Source: Phoronis australis (taxonomy: Eukaryota; Animalia; Phoronida). From it: a stretch of 64,000 bases of DNA. Below, one piece after another: positions 37,521-49,181 of this stretch. The DNA lies in the NCBI GenBank assembly GCA_002633005.1, contig NMRA01000043.1, positions 524,018-588,017 on the forward strand. Direction: 5' to 3'. The notes beneath the pieces are model-generated. The model had not been told where the DNA came from. It ran no database searches and saw nothing but the letters and a program-made list of their open reading frames with translations. The stretch's first letter is position 1. Each line of letters opens with the position of its first letter. The translations under genes were made by a program, and so were the position numbers.

Positions 37521-39789
37521 GAAGGTCTTAGCCAGCTGTAACGGCAAAATTATACTTTTTTCGTGACAACTTGAATACTTTTTTCAATTTTGGTGAGTGG
37601 CCACACTGGCATCCCCACCCTCAGCCCCTAAAGTGTAGTCTGGGTAGATCCTTATATTTTTGCTGTCTTGGAAAAATTGTTTGTCAGCCATTAAATGTGG
37701 TTTATCACTGTTGTTTGGTAGCTTCATCCTGGAAGGGCTCATTTAATTTACCTCAAATCAATAGCATTCCATATGGCTTTTGAAGTTGATGATGTCAGTG
37801 TTCCAGGAACTAAAAATAAACCCAATCAAGAGCTTTGTTTATTGCTGGCTGAATTGACTGGTGATTGATCAATTAGCCAAACACATCCAACTTGTGAGTT
37901 GGCAATGTTTGTTTTGTTGGCCTTTACTTTTGTTTATGGGGGATTTTTCATAGGTGAAAGTTGACAATATCATGCCCTGGCTCTGTGTTGCTTGTATACT
38001 AAGTAGCTGTACTAAAGGTCAATAGGAATGCCTACCAGAATACTGTAGTGTTTTTATACACTTGATGAAGGGAAGAAACACTAAATAGCAGTTTTAGTAT
38101 GTTATCTTCTGGGGTTCTTGTTCAGCACTGCCTTCCAAGTGTTCTAAGTTGTTATGATTCTACATGTGTAGCATAGTGATGGGCTGTAATAAAATAGGTC
38201 AAGTTGTTATGACTGTTGAGTAAGAGCTGCTGGTTACTGGTGTCAAGTGAGACTCTTTGCTGGTCTTGAGTTTGTGGTCATTTCCGCTGCCTGACCATCT
38301 CTTTGTGTCAGGACTCCAGCAACTAGATACACCCTTACTAATGACAGCTTGTTAGATGACTCACTCTTCAGTCATCTTGTACAGGTCTGATGTGGAAATG
38401 AAGAACTCCCCCAAGTCTTGTAGAAAGTGATACAAGTCACTGTGGAACTTTTGTCCTCTGGCGATGGGGGAGAGGGGGGAGGTCTCTGCCATATGACTGC
38501 AGACATGGGTTAGAGTTCACATCACTGACATGGTGCATGTCAACATGGTGCCTCGTCACAGGATATTGTGGTTAACAAACTAATTCTTAGTCTATTTAGC
38601 ACATGATAATGGTGCACACAAGTCGAACATGAAGTCGGATATTCAGTTTCTGAAAAATAGATACATGACAGTTATTTTTGGTCATCTGCCTCAAGCCCAT
38701 CTTCAGGGAAATTTGGGAGCCATGGTATTGCAGACTGTGTTCTGTGCAAAATGGGGATGTTAGAGAATATGTTGTGTGCTGCAGGCATTGTGTTTTGGTA
38801 ATGAGATACACTGCAGCAGGTACCCTGTTGGATCTGGTCAAGCACCACATGGGCTTAGGCGGCTACTGAACTGATGTGCCACTATTCAGAATGAACTACC
38901 AAATTTGTCACTGTCCAGCCTTCAAATAAAATTTGTCACTTAGTATAGAGTTGCGATGTATGCAAAGAAATCTATCCCAACTCCTGAAATTGTAGTGCCA
39001 TGGTTTTGTCTTGCTGTACATTCACTTATTTTAGTATCAAACAAGGTATAGAAGGATGATTTGAGTAAAAGAACACTATGCTAATGTTGTGCTTTGTTTT
39101 GTTTCAATGTACTGTGAACATTTTGTCAGAGTTCAAGGATTAGTTGCTTTGTCATCCAGGTCTTGTGACTGATGACATCACTGAGACTGGAAATTTGTTG
39201 TTGCCTGGCCCAAGTTCTTGACAACAGAGATAGCAGCCATCTAAACTGTAACTCATAGAATGAAGTTGAACAGTAGTTGTATTTGTTTGCAATATGCAAC
39301 AGTAATACCTGAGTGACCGAGATCCTTGACTAGGTAACATTTTGTTGTTCTGCAAACATGTGGTCTATTGGATATTAAGTCTTCACTTATAGCGTGGTAC
39401 CAAAGGTGACAAGTTAAGTGAAGAAGCTTGTGTATCAGTTGTCAGGGTCTGTTACCAAACTGGACGTGGCTTGCATGTCAAAATCATACAACTGCATTTT
39501 AGAAGCTGCATACTTCTCAGCCCATTTCTGTACCCAAGATAATCGAGCTTGGCTGAGACTCAACTCTTGTCTCAAAAATTGATTGCATGTCACTGTTGGT
39601 AGTGAATTTTCAAATTTCATACTATAGATATGATTTGTCATATTCAAGTCGAGCTTCCAGTAAAGTTTGGTAGTCTCTGGACCTGTTCTTGTCTTGAGTC
39701 AATAATTGTGATTAGCACAAGTGCTGTGACCTAAATATTTGAGTATTCGTTTCCTACTTCATTCTAAGTTGACGTTGACTATTTTTCAG

Positions 39790-39993
39790 GTTGGAGATTA
39801 CACAGTCACTCTCAAGGCACCCAATCGCAACAAACACTTCCGCGTTAAATGGAACGATGGTCGCTACTGCATAGGTCAGCAGAGCTTTGAAACGTTGGAC
39901 GATCTGGTTGACCACTACATACGACATCCAATTTATAAACATGACGACGAACGGTTGTTCCTAATAAAACCTTTCGTATATGTAGAACCATGA
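39790..39993 (+). CDS. NCK: Nck/Dock adaptor, last coding exon (SH2 C-terminal half); total 405 aa from ATG 34293
   Basis: tttttcag acceptor; VGDYTVTLKAPNRNKHFRV..YCIGQQSF..LVDHY..HPIY...LFLIKPF, the typical Nck SH2 end. Confidence 0.97.
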   Translation, partial: VGDYTVTLKAPNRNKHFRVKWNDGRYCIGQQSFETLDDLVDHYIRHPIYKHDDERLFLIKPFVYVEP

Positions 39994-41368
39994 CAATGAC
40001 CATGGATTTGGGAAAAGAGAGTAGCATATTTAAAAATTATGTATCTGTTCTGAAACAAATTCTGTGCGAGGCCGAGCAGTTGACAAACAACGGGAAGCAG
40101 TTATCTTAAGCTGCTCTGAACGAAATTGTTAATATTTATCAAAATGTGACATTGATGCTGTGTATGTGATCGACTATTTTTGGAAGATTAATTTTTTGTA
40201 AGGAAGGACAATGTCAGTGGAATTTCAAATGGTTATGTTGTTTTCTCTGTTAGTGAACATAGAAGTAAGGTTGTAAAATAGTTATTTATGATTTGATCAA
40301 GAGGAATTGTGTGAAGAATCACATTGTTAATTATTGTGAGAAGAATCACTCCGTTTATTATTTAGCTGCTGTTCTGTTATGTACCTTACTAATTTCACTA
40401 ACTTGTGACTTTTCTTTTCTGTGGTAAAAAGGCAAGAATTCAAAATACATTTACATTGGTTTCATTGACCATCCCATAAGAGAAGATAAGTAGCTCCCGT
40501 GCTGCCAAAGCTTGTTTCTGTGTGACTGCAAAGTGATTTTGAAAATGAGTTTTCAGTTACCCCGTTAGCTTAATTTGAACTATGAATAGTCAGCGGTTAG
40601 TTCGTTTCCTCACCACATGGATCGCTGTAATGGGAAAAATAGTGTCAAAGCAGGCTCATTCTCATCATTGAAGATTGATGCAACAATAAATACTCTCCTC
40701 CTTCGCCTCCGCGAACTTGTCCTTGAAGTAAGCGATCTGGCTACAAAAGTGCCGGATGAAAACCTTCAGTTTTGGAGTAACTCGTCCTGGCGACAAAGCA
40801 TTGGCTATAGTGACACTTAAATCCATTGGCATTACTGGCGTTTTCAGCAGTTGATGAACAGGATTTTGTTATTACAAGTGGGTGGCATGTTCTACTCAGC
40901 TATCTGAATTGAGTGTTGGAACTAATATTATGTTAGCTGTGCTTTTGTGGTACTAGACTTTCAACACATGTATTGTAAGGAAATGGGATTTTCCCTCAAA
41001 TTTCTGCTTAATGATGCCTTGTGTTGGCTGGCCTATTTACTGGGCTGGGTGTTATCAGAATATTTTGTATCTCCACATGTCCTATAGATCTAGTCTAAGA
41101 TTAACTATCGTACATGATAAAAGACTTAATTTCTTCAATATTTGGACTTCCATTTTTGGACAATGCTGTTTTATCTAAGGCCATATCCCCGGTAATAACT
41201 GAGACGTTCGTCTGGAAGTCATTGAGAATGTGACTTTGTTTTCTATGAGAGCATTGTATTGTTACTGGCATTAACTTTTTTAGTGTTGATATTCACATGT
41301 AACTACCAAAGAGGGGGAGTATGGCTTTGGACAAAATGGGTCTTTATACCATTTTTGTCATTGAAGTT

Positions 41369-41825
41369 ACTTAAGCTGGATTCTAGTTCAGCAAAGATAA
41401 TACTTTTGCGCATCTGATAATGTTTGAATAAATCCCTTGCATTTTTTTTTAAATTTGTTCATGAAGGAATTTTATTTCTCTACAAGTTTCAGTCCATGTT
41501 GTTGATTTTTTAAGCTTGGGGAAATAAGGTTGTGACATTAGCTATACTGTGTCATGTTGAAAGATAAGAATCCTTCTGCATAGTGTTCATCAAGTCACTT
41601 AAGCTGGATTCTAGTTCAGCAAAGATAATACTTTTGCGCATCTGATAATGTTTGAATAAATCCCTTGCATTTTTTTTTAATTTGTTCATGAAGGAATTTT
41701 ATTTCTCTACAAGTTTCAGTCCATGTTGTTGATTTTTTAAGCTTGGGGAAATAAGGTTGTGACATTAGCTATACTGTGTCATGTTGAAAGATAAGAATCC
41801 TTCTGCATAGTGTTCATCAAGTCAC
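41369..41825. repeat. ~228-bp tandem duplication in the presumed Nck 3' UTR
   Basis: ACTTAAGCTGGATTCTAG...GTTCATCAAGTC starts at 41369 and 41597; differs only around the T/A homopolymer. Confidence 0.9.
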
Positions 41826-42971
41826 ATTGATTTGGTGATAATCTGTCATTGTTGTGATGATATTTTGCTTTATTTAAATTTGTTTCCTTTCCAGAATTTT
41901 GTGTCATCTCACTGATAATTTGTTAAAAAATGAGTGTCAGATTTACATTTGGTACATCTGTAACTTCCTTTTAGCATGGACAGAATTCTAGGATATTCGT
42001 TATCAAAGCAAGTATTGAACCTGCTTTTAAAGTTTTGCATGTACAGGTTTTTACCTGTCGACTAGAGGGTAACTTGAGCCATCGGTCTTGCGTGATTAAT
42101 GACCAATGCTTTGTTGTTAATGTTGACCACTCATCCAAATTAGTTAACCATGAAAATGATGCACCCCAGTATTGTTTCCAGTGACGACTTTATCCTCGTG
42201 TATTCTATGAAGCTTATGGGAAGAAGGCAGGCTATTGTTTTAAAAAGTAGTGTAAAGTAGTCGATCTTCTAAGAGGCTGTCGGTATGTAACAACTCTGTG
42301 TCCAGTATTTTTTTGTCTATAGGATGAGTTATTAGTCTGTGGGTGAAATAAACAACTACATGCTCCCTCACAACCCCTTGTGTACTAGAAAAATAGTTTG
42401 ATCCAAAACATTTGTAACGTTGCATCTATTTTCATTTTTCCAAATCATCTTGGATTAATATATGTCCCACTGCCTATAATTGTTCAGTGCCCTGTGTGTG
42501 TATGCACACCAAGCATGAGTTGACCATACTTTGTTGGGAGATTCTTGAGAACCTGCCAAAAGTCTAGCCATACCCTAGACTGGTGTGTATCTTGGCTATT
42601 GGTACCTACTTACATGCACTTCACAGTGACCCATCAGTGAAGTTCTAATATGGTAGATGTGTTGCTTGTGTACCTTGATTGTTGCTAATTTCTTTGTAAG
42701 ACTGTTATACACTAGTGTCTGGTCAACTATTTTCTATGCTCTGTTCATTGTTGTAATTGTTGTTTGCTAAATACAGAAAGTACAAAGTAGTGAATGTTGT
42801 ATTTGTCACAGCTACACATCACCTTGGATTGTTTGGGCTTGATTTTTTTTCCGTATGTCACGTGCAGAACGTTTTGTGCCAAATTTTAATGCCCATTCAA
42901 CCCTGATTTTCCTGGTTTTGCACAGGGTTGGTCAAGTTTGTTATGAATCTGTTGTAGCAGTTTTCTCTGTA

Positions 42972-42977
42972 AATAAA
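42972..42977 (+). terminator. Candidate Nck polyadenylation signal
   Basis: AATAAA after a ~3 kb U/GU-rich stretch and ahead of the NXT promoter; earlier AATAAA sites also exist. Confidence 0.4.
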
Positions 42978-43808
42978 AGTGTCTGATTCACCAGGTAGTT
43001 GCAGCCACTGCTGCAATGAAACTACTTTCAAAGTGATTTGCAGTCTAAAGTTCACACTCATATTTGTGGTAGCTTAGTTGTATACTGTAAAACCCAGCAT
43101 ACTAGCCCATTGGCTAAAATATATGTGGTACAGTATGTAGTCAAATATCAGGACTTGTGTTTTGAATTTCTCAGAAGAAACTGTTGTTTTGCCATTTTGA
43201 ACTTTGCCAATCCATGATGATTTGTGTTTTTTCATGGTATGAGCTTTTTCCTTTTATCCAGTAAATGTTTTATAACATCCTTTGACTGCACGGTGATTAA
43301 GTTAATTTGCTAGTTGAAAAATGCTACTCACCCATGGGTGTGTATATAATATATAATAATATGTTTAGCCACGTGTAATTATCATGTAAAGCCCGATCGT
43401 TGGCTTCTGTATGTTTGCAACTAGATCGAGTACAGTGACAGAAAAGCTAATGCATTTATTACATTTTCATCAGTAACAGTTATGCAAATTCAGGACACAA
43501 TCGAAGTTTTGTGTAAGGCACCTCGTTGATAGATTTGCGTACATAAAACTGCTCTAACCGCGTGCTGTTGTCCAACAGCTACGTGTATGACCGTATGACC
43601 CTCTCTGGTTTCTCGTTTGACAATATCAAATAGTTTTCAATTCAATTTTATTCAAATCTAAAGTCTCCCAGTATGTGTGAAAATATAAATAGTTTTTTTC
43701 CAAAACTAGTTGCAACTTTTTATGGTTAAAATTGAAAGACGTCAGGTGTGAAAAGGATTACGCACAATTCAATAGGTGTTTCCCCCAAGAAGGGGATTTC
43801 CATCTCAG

Positions 43809-43827
43809 GTCACGTGACAAAATGGCG
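43809..43827 (+). promoter_or_regulatory. NXT promoter: palindromic E-box (GTCACGTGAC) abutting a YY1-like motif over the start codon
   Basis: GTCACGTGAC at 43809-43818 followed directly by AAAATGGCG, whose ATG is the NXT start. Confidence 0.65.
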
Positions 43828-43833
43828 CTGGAT
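43822..43833 (+). CDS. NXT1: NXT (NTF2-related export protein, p15), exon 1 coding part (MALD)
   Basis: aaaATGGCGCTGGAT|GTAAGT; phase 0, in frame with exon 2; spliced CDS 420 nt = 139 aa. Confidence 0.85.
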
Positions 43834-44548
43834 GTAAGTTGTCCCGGTCGGTATGATCATGCTGTATTTTTCTTATTTCTTGTCTTCATCAAACCCATTT
43901 GTTTCTTTGTGACACGTTGCTTAGCATCGCTAAAGCTTTGAAACACGTTGAAGCTGACTCTGTGATTAATGTCTTTCTCGGTAATTGCGTGATTATCGGT
44001 TGTGCACAAACAACGTTCATGATGAAAAATTCTGACAAGTTTGCCATTTTTATTTTTGGCTTTTGCTCTTCTGAACGGCATTGGTTGGATGTAGCGGTCC
44101 CGGATTTAGAGAACCAGTTTCATTCACTAAGTAATTATTGCGATATTTTATTTTGCTAATAACGATAACAAGGACAATCACTTTATTTTTATGTGTTTTC
44201 ACTGATATTTCAGTATAAAATAATCTTGGCTACACGGTGAAGTCAGTTCCAAGAAATATGGTATTTCACTTTGCTGCGAGCACATGGACCGCTCTAACGC
44301 CCTCCTTCGTTTCGGACTAGTCCACCTTTGTGCAGGACCCACCCTAATATGTCACACTCACTGTGACCTTTTGTTTAGAGAAATCGCATTACGGTTAACA
44401 TCTACAAACTTGGTAGGAGCGCATTGCGCTGATGTTTTCTACTGCCGGAGCACTGACACACGGACCAAATTTAACCTCAAATTCAAAAAACAGCACAGGG
44501 AGGAGAAAATTTATTCATTTTCATCTGGGAAACGATGGAGTGCTTTTG

Positions 44549-44650
44549 TGCTCTGAAAATTCACTTGGGCGACTGGCAAGTGAACTTCTACTCGCCCAGC
44601 ACCATTTTTACTCGCATTGGCAATTGGGCGAGTGGCTAAGTATATCCCTG
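44549..44650 (+). mobile_element. Small hAT-like MITE fragment
   Basis: ACTCGC/GCGAGT subterminal motifs ending TATATCCCTG; related copy at 36583-36691. Confidence 0.5.
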
Positions 44651-44661
44651 TCACTCTGCAT

Positions 44662-44767
44662 TTAAAGGAGAATGCCATCCAAAAAACAACCTATTTTGTA
44701 TCAATTTAGATCGAGTAGTTCCAGCAAAACAGTTCTTTTACCGACACCTAAACGGCAGACAGAGGTG
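44662..44767 (-). mobile_element. Solo terminal fragment of the 32028-33797 Kolobok family
   Basis: TTAAAGGAGAATGCCATCCAAAAAACAACCTATTTTGTATC...GGCAGACAGAGGTG is the reverse complement of about 33684-33801. Confidence 0.85.
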
Positions 44768-44783
44768 TAGCCAGCCAGCTAGC

Positions 44784-44902
44784 TGTATGATGACTATCCA
44801 GAGTGATGTATGATGACTATCCAGAGTGATGTATGATGACTATCCAGAGTGATGTATGATGACTATCCAGAGTGATGTATGATGACTATCCAGAGCGATG
44901 TA
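44784..44902. repeat. 23-bp minisatellite x5
   Basis: Unit TGTATGATGACTATCCAGAGTGA. Confidence 0.95.
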
Positions 44903-44993
44903 ATTGCCTAATGTTCCTCCCTCCACTCATTGCCACAACTAACTTGGGGGAAGGGAATTTTCAGAGTGTTTAGACCTGTTGAGATGCCATAGT

Positions 44994-45150
44994 CAGGGCT
45001 TGACATAACGAGCTGCAGGTCGCATTTGCATCCTGAAATTTGGAAATGCGAGCTGAGGTTTTCGTCAGCTCGTATCAAGTTGCAAAATGTGACCTGGAAT
45101 TTCCAACGAATGCGAGCTGAGATTTTACACTTCTCGACAGATACCTGGCA
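44994..45150 (+). mobile_element. hAT-like MITE left end
   Basis: CAGGGCTTGACATAAC followed by repeated TGCGAGCTGA motifs; right end not confidently found. Confidence 0.4.
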
Positions 45151-46525
45151 AATATAAAGCTACTCTTGTTAATCCGACCATTACTTGGTTGTTGCCAAAT
45201 CCAAGTTCAAAAGACCACTAACTGAGAACAGCCCTCCCAATGACTTCTAAGCAAGTCGCGTGAGCATGGGATATGCAGAATCGATCTTAGACGCGTTTTA
45301 TTGGCTAACATGTTCGGCCACTTTTGCAAATTTCCGGATTTGCCGAAGAAAGTTTCGGGCCACATAACACGTGATAAAACTTCACAAAACAGCGGTGTTT
45401 TTATTAATTCTTAAGCGATCAACTTATCAAACTTTGTGGTGGACAAATATGTTTGTTTTTTGCTTAAGATGTCCTTATTACATTTACCAAATATCCACGA
45501 CAATTTCCTGATATCACCCTGCGGCACTGGTTGGTCCCGTTGTTAGTGTGCAAGTGGTCCCAACAGACAATCGTGATTTAGAGATGTGCGCCTCGTTTTT
45601 ATCCCATAAGACAGCCAAAGTGAAAATGACAACCCTATTAATCCCCAAACGACTAGCACATCTTTACTTTCAGTTGCCAAGAAATTCTCAAACCCCATTA
45701 CTTGTTTCTGGGGCTACGTGCGTGAAATATGATTTATCTTTCACACGTTGTTGCCAACGTAAAGTGTAGGCCTATTCCAGCGATTCAAGTGCGTGAACTC
45801 ACGCGTGCGCACCAGTTCAAAGCTGCACTTCAGAAGAGAACAGCGGCAGTCCTAAATGAAAGAGTATACCGGCTTGGCTCTGTCAAGCACCCGGGTGCCA
45901 ATGGTTTATTTGAAAATGAACTCATAGATTCTCGGCAGTTATAAAAGACCTGATGCTTTACGATATTCCGCGGGACGAATGTAACCCAGAACTGATATTT
46001 TTCGGTTCCGATGTTTCTCGAGGTTGATGTTCTCTAAACCCTATATTCTATGCCCATAGCCAGCTATTACAACTAAACGGGCACTAGATGCCAAAGGACA
46101 ATCACTTTATTTTTATGTGTTTTCACATAAAAAGGTACATCATTCCGAGGGTTTGCTGCTATGAAATTTCATTGGCCCAAATGTTCAGTACTCCGAAGGT
46201 TCGCTACACCGAAGGTTCACCAATTCAAGGGTTCGGGTTCACTACTACAAAAGTTCATTATGTCCAAAGGTTCAGAACTGCGAATGTCATTCCGAGCTTG
46301 TGCTTGTGACAAAACTGCGAATAAATTCAAGTGAAAAGTTCACGAGAATACAAAAAGCATTATTTGTAAAGCATATTTTAAAAATTATTTCAGAATTAAG
46401 AGCTGAAGGTTTGAAATAATGAAAGTTGCATTTTCACGACTCCTTGTGGCTGCATTTTTTGGTGAAGTTTAGCTTACTGAGAGAGTAGCAAGCCTTTGGA
46501 TAATGATAATTCATTGTTGAGAAAT

Positions 46526-46612
46526 GTGAATGGGTTGTGGATTGTGGCTATGGCTGTCCTAGTCTCAGTGAATGGGTTGTGGACTGTGGCTATGGCTGTC
46601 CTTGTCTCAGTG
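46526..46612. repeat. 42-bp tandem duplication
   Basis: GTGAATGGGTTGTGGA(T/C)TGTGGCTATGGCTGTCCT(A/T)GTCTCA x2. Confidence 0.9.
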
Positions 46613-46736
46613 TGATGTGCTGCAATTCACCCCCGAACATATTCAAACAGGTGATTGTTGAAGACTCATTCATGTGAACAGCAGTTTGAAATTGGTCCGT
46701 CCTTTTTAACTCAACACCTGTTTGAACATTCTGTTA

Positions 46737-46815
46737 TTGTATGATCAGAATATTGGCAATGATGAATTATTTCTTGTATGATCAGAATATTGGCAATGAT
46801 GAATTATTTCTTGTA
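46737..46815. repeat. 37-bp tandem duplication of the NXT exon-2 acceptor region
   Basis: TTGTATGATCAGAATATTGGCAATGATGAATTATTTC x2, then TTGTAG acceptor. Confidence 0.9.
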
Positions 46816-46816
46816 G

Positions 46817-46903
46817 ACGCTCCGTACAATAGCAGATCAAGCGTGTCAAGCTGGCGAGCAATTTATAAAGATTTACTACGACGGTCTTGACAAACGGAGA
46901 CAG
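46817..46903 (+). CDS. NXT1: NXT exon 2 (87 bp)
   Basis: TLRTIADQACQAGEQFIKIYYDGLDKRRQ (ACxAAEEF..YY..MDKRR signature); ttgtag / GTAAGT. Confidence 0.95.
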
Positions 46904-47222
46904 GTAAGTTGGCTTATTTACCAGCCATTGTCTTGAGCAGCAGTGAGTGGGCTTATGTGCCAGCCATTGTCTTGAGCAGCAGTGAGTTGGCTTATGTGCC
47001 AGTCATTGTCTTGAGCAGCAGTGAGTAGGCTTATGTGTCAGCCATTGTCTTGAGCAGCAGTGAGTTGGCTTATGTACCAGTCATTGTCTTGAGCAGCAGT
47101 GAGTTGGCTTATGTGTCAGCCATTGTCTTGAGCAGCAGTAAGTTGGCTTATGTACCAGCCATTGTCTTGATCAGCAGTGAGTTGGCTTATGTACCAGCCA
47201 TTGTCTTGAGCAGTTGTGAGTT
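46904..47222. repeat. 39-bp minisatellite x8 starting exactly at the NXT exon-2 donor
   Basis: Unit GTGAGTTGGCTTATGTGCCAGCCATTGTCTTGAGCAGCA; starts at 46904, 46943, 46982, 47021, 47060, 47099, 47138, 47177, partial at 47216. Confidence 0.95.
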
Positions 47223-48065
47223 CTTTTCATTTTCCCTAGAAATCACTTCTCAATTGAGGCGGGAAGAAGTAAAGACCAATACAATAGTGATAGGTGCAGG
47301 TGAGGACCTAGAATTACTTTGTTTGATGGGAGGTGGCTGTTGGTATTCAAATGTATGCACAAACAGTAATCCTCTGTTGGATCTGGGTATAATTGATTTT
47401 GTTACTTCCTTTACACTTTAAGTTTAGTGAAGTTGACCTTATTTAGTGATTCTATTCACATATGGCTTCTGTCTTACAAACCAGTGGCTTTATCATGCGG
47501 ACATGTTGATGTTTTTGAAAAACATAACGGGATAATTGTTAGCTCATAAACATTCGATAACGCCATAGATAAATAGAGACGTCTAAAAAATATGACAAAG
47601 ACAACAACCAGAATTGGAAGAACAGGTTCACGGCAACATGGTTTTTGATGAGAGTAGGACAAAGCAATCATAGAACATTAAAAATTTAAAACGAAATTCA
47701 AGGTGTATCAAAAGATTCTCAAGGCATGCATCATCGGGTGACGCAGAAGTCAAATCTCACCACCTAAAATGCAAATTATGATCAGGTTACACACGCATAA
47801 GTTATCTGTGATGTTACCTCAAACACTGGGTTCTTGGCTGACACTTGGTTGACAAAAGTTCTTTTGTCTATAGAAGCTCCCCATGATCTCCTCAATTACA
47901 TAACAATGGTCACTGGGACCAGTCACTGCTAGCTGTGTCCAGTGAGTAGTGTGCAGGTGTAACATTGTAAATTCAAGTCTTGTTCAGAAAGATGGTCTTA
48001 ACACAAATAGGCATGTCTGTTATATAAACTTTTTCAGTTGATTGTTTATTTGTTTTCTTTGCTAG

Positions 48066-48210
48066 ACTCTTTCTAAGTTGTACCTAAACACTGCTACACT
48101 GCTTTGGAATGGAAATCAAGTAACAGGAGCTGAGAACATTCTAAAATTCCACGACGAACTTCCATCCTCGGAACACAGTGTTGAGTGCCTTGACTGTCAA
48201 CCTTTGAAAG
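48066..48210 (+). CDS. NXT1: NXT exon 3 (145 bp)
   Basis: TLSKLYLNTATLLWNGNQVTG...LPSSEHSVECLDCQPLK (LY..ATL.WNGN, LPSS, DCQP motifs); ttgctag / GTAAGA. Confidence 0.95.
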
Positions 48211-49005
48211 GTAAGAGAATCATTTCAGGATAGTAAGAGGAATTTAGTCTCTTCAATCTTTTACTTGAAACCACTTACAACTGTAAAACTGACCCCACTT
48301 TGTTCATAGTTTGACCAGAAGTGACATGCCAGCTTGTATGGGCTTGGTCTCGAACTGAGAAACGCTTGTCTCGTGACATGAGACTAGCATTTACAGACTA
48401 TGCTAGGGTAGGTGCTTTACTCCGCACTGTCTCTTAGGACATTAACGGAATTCTGGTGACAGCAAGGTATTGATAAGGGGATTTCAACTGCCCTTTGGTT
48501 GGAAAGTAATGTTGCCCTTGGGTTGGAAAGTAATGTTTATGTAATTATTCCATCAAATTAGGTTTATTCAATTGCATTAAAAACACAAATGTTGTGGTAA
48601 TGTGCTGTCTGCAGCTGAAGCGGGTGAGTGGGGTGTAATTTGTAAATGCACATTATAAATCATTGCATATAAACCAAAAGTTTTTTTTTGTGATGGAAGT
48701 TATGTTTTGCAGTGATGGCTGAGATACATTTTGCATACTTTTGACTGAACTAGATGCAAATATAATCCCTGTATCCTTTGTTGTCTAAAATGCAGGAGCC
48801 TTTAATCTCCAGAGAGTTTAAACTCTAAACATTTGACTAGAGATGTGTCACTTGATGGTGATGTAACAAACTAAATACCAATACGGTGAGCTGGATGACA
48901 GATAAAAGTAGTGTTTTTGTAGACTTGTTTATTTTGATATAGGGGATCTTGAAATGCGACCTGCTAAAAGTTCTACAATTATAAGCAGTTCTAATTCATT
49001 TTCAG

Positions 49006-49181
49006 ATTTTGTCACAGGAGGTCAAACGACAATACTTGTTACAACAGGAGGCGTTGTGAAATACGAGGGAAACAAACCAAAAAATTTTAACCAGAGCTTT
49101 ATACTGACAACTCAGGAGAGTGGGGAGAAACAAATAACGTGGAAAATTGTATCGGACTGTATCCGGTTTCAAGCTGAATGA
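49006..49181 (+). CDS. NXT1: NXT exon 4 (176 bp, with stop)
   Basis: QTTILVTTGGVVKYEGNKPKNFNQSFILT...WKIVSDCIRFQAE*; ttttcag acceptor, phase 1. Confidence 0.95.

Noticed and set aside
12800-39700. Scattered AP-1 (TGA[C/G]TCA) motifs in Nck introns
   Set aside because: A 7-mer occurs several times by chance over this length; enrichment cannot be shown without a background model.
44784-47222. Short direct-repeat arrays as CRISPR
   Set aside because: Units are head-to-tail with no unique spacers, the context is eukaryotic and there are no cas genes; the same applies to the 27181, 61583 and 63804 arrays.
47035-47421. 128-aa ORF with AIVLSSSELAYVP repeats
   Set aside because: By-product of a 39-bp (multiple of 3) intronic minisatellite; not in frame with NXT.
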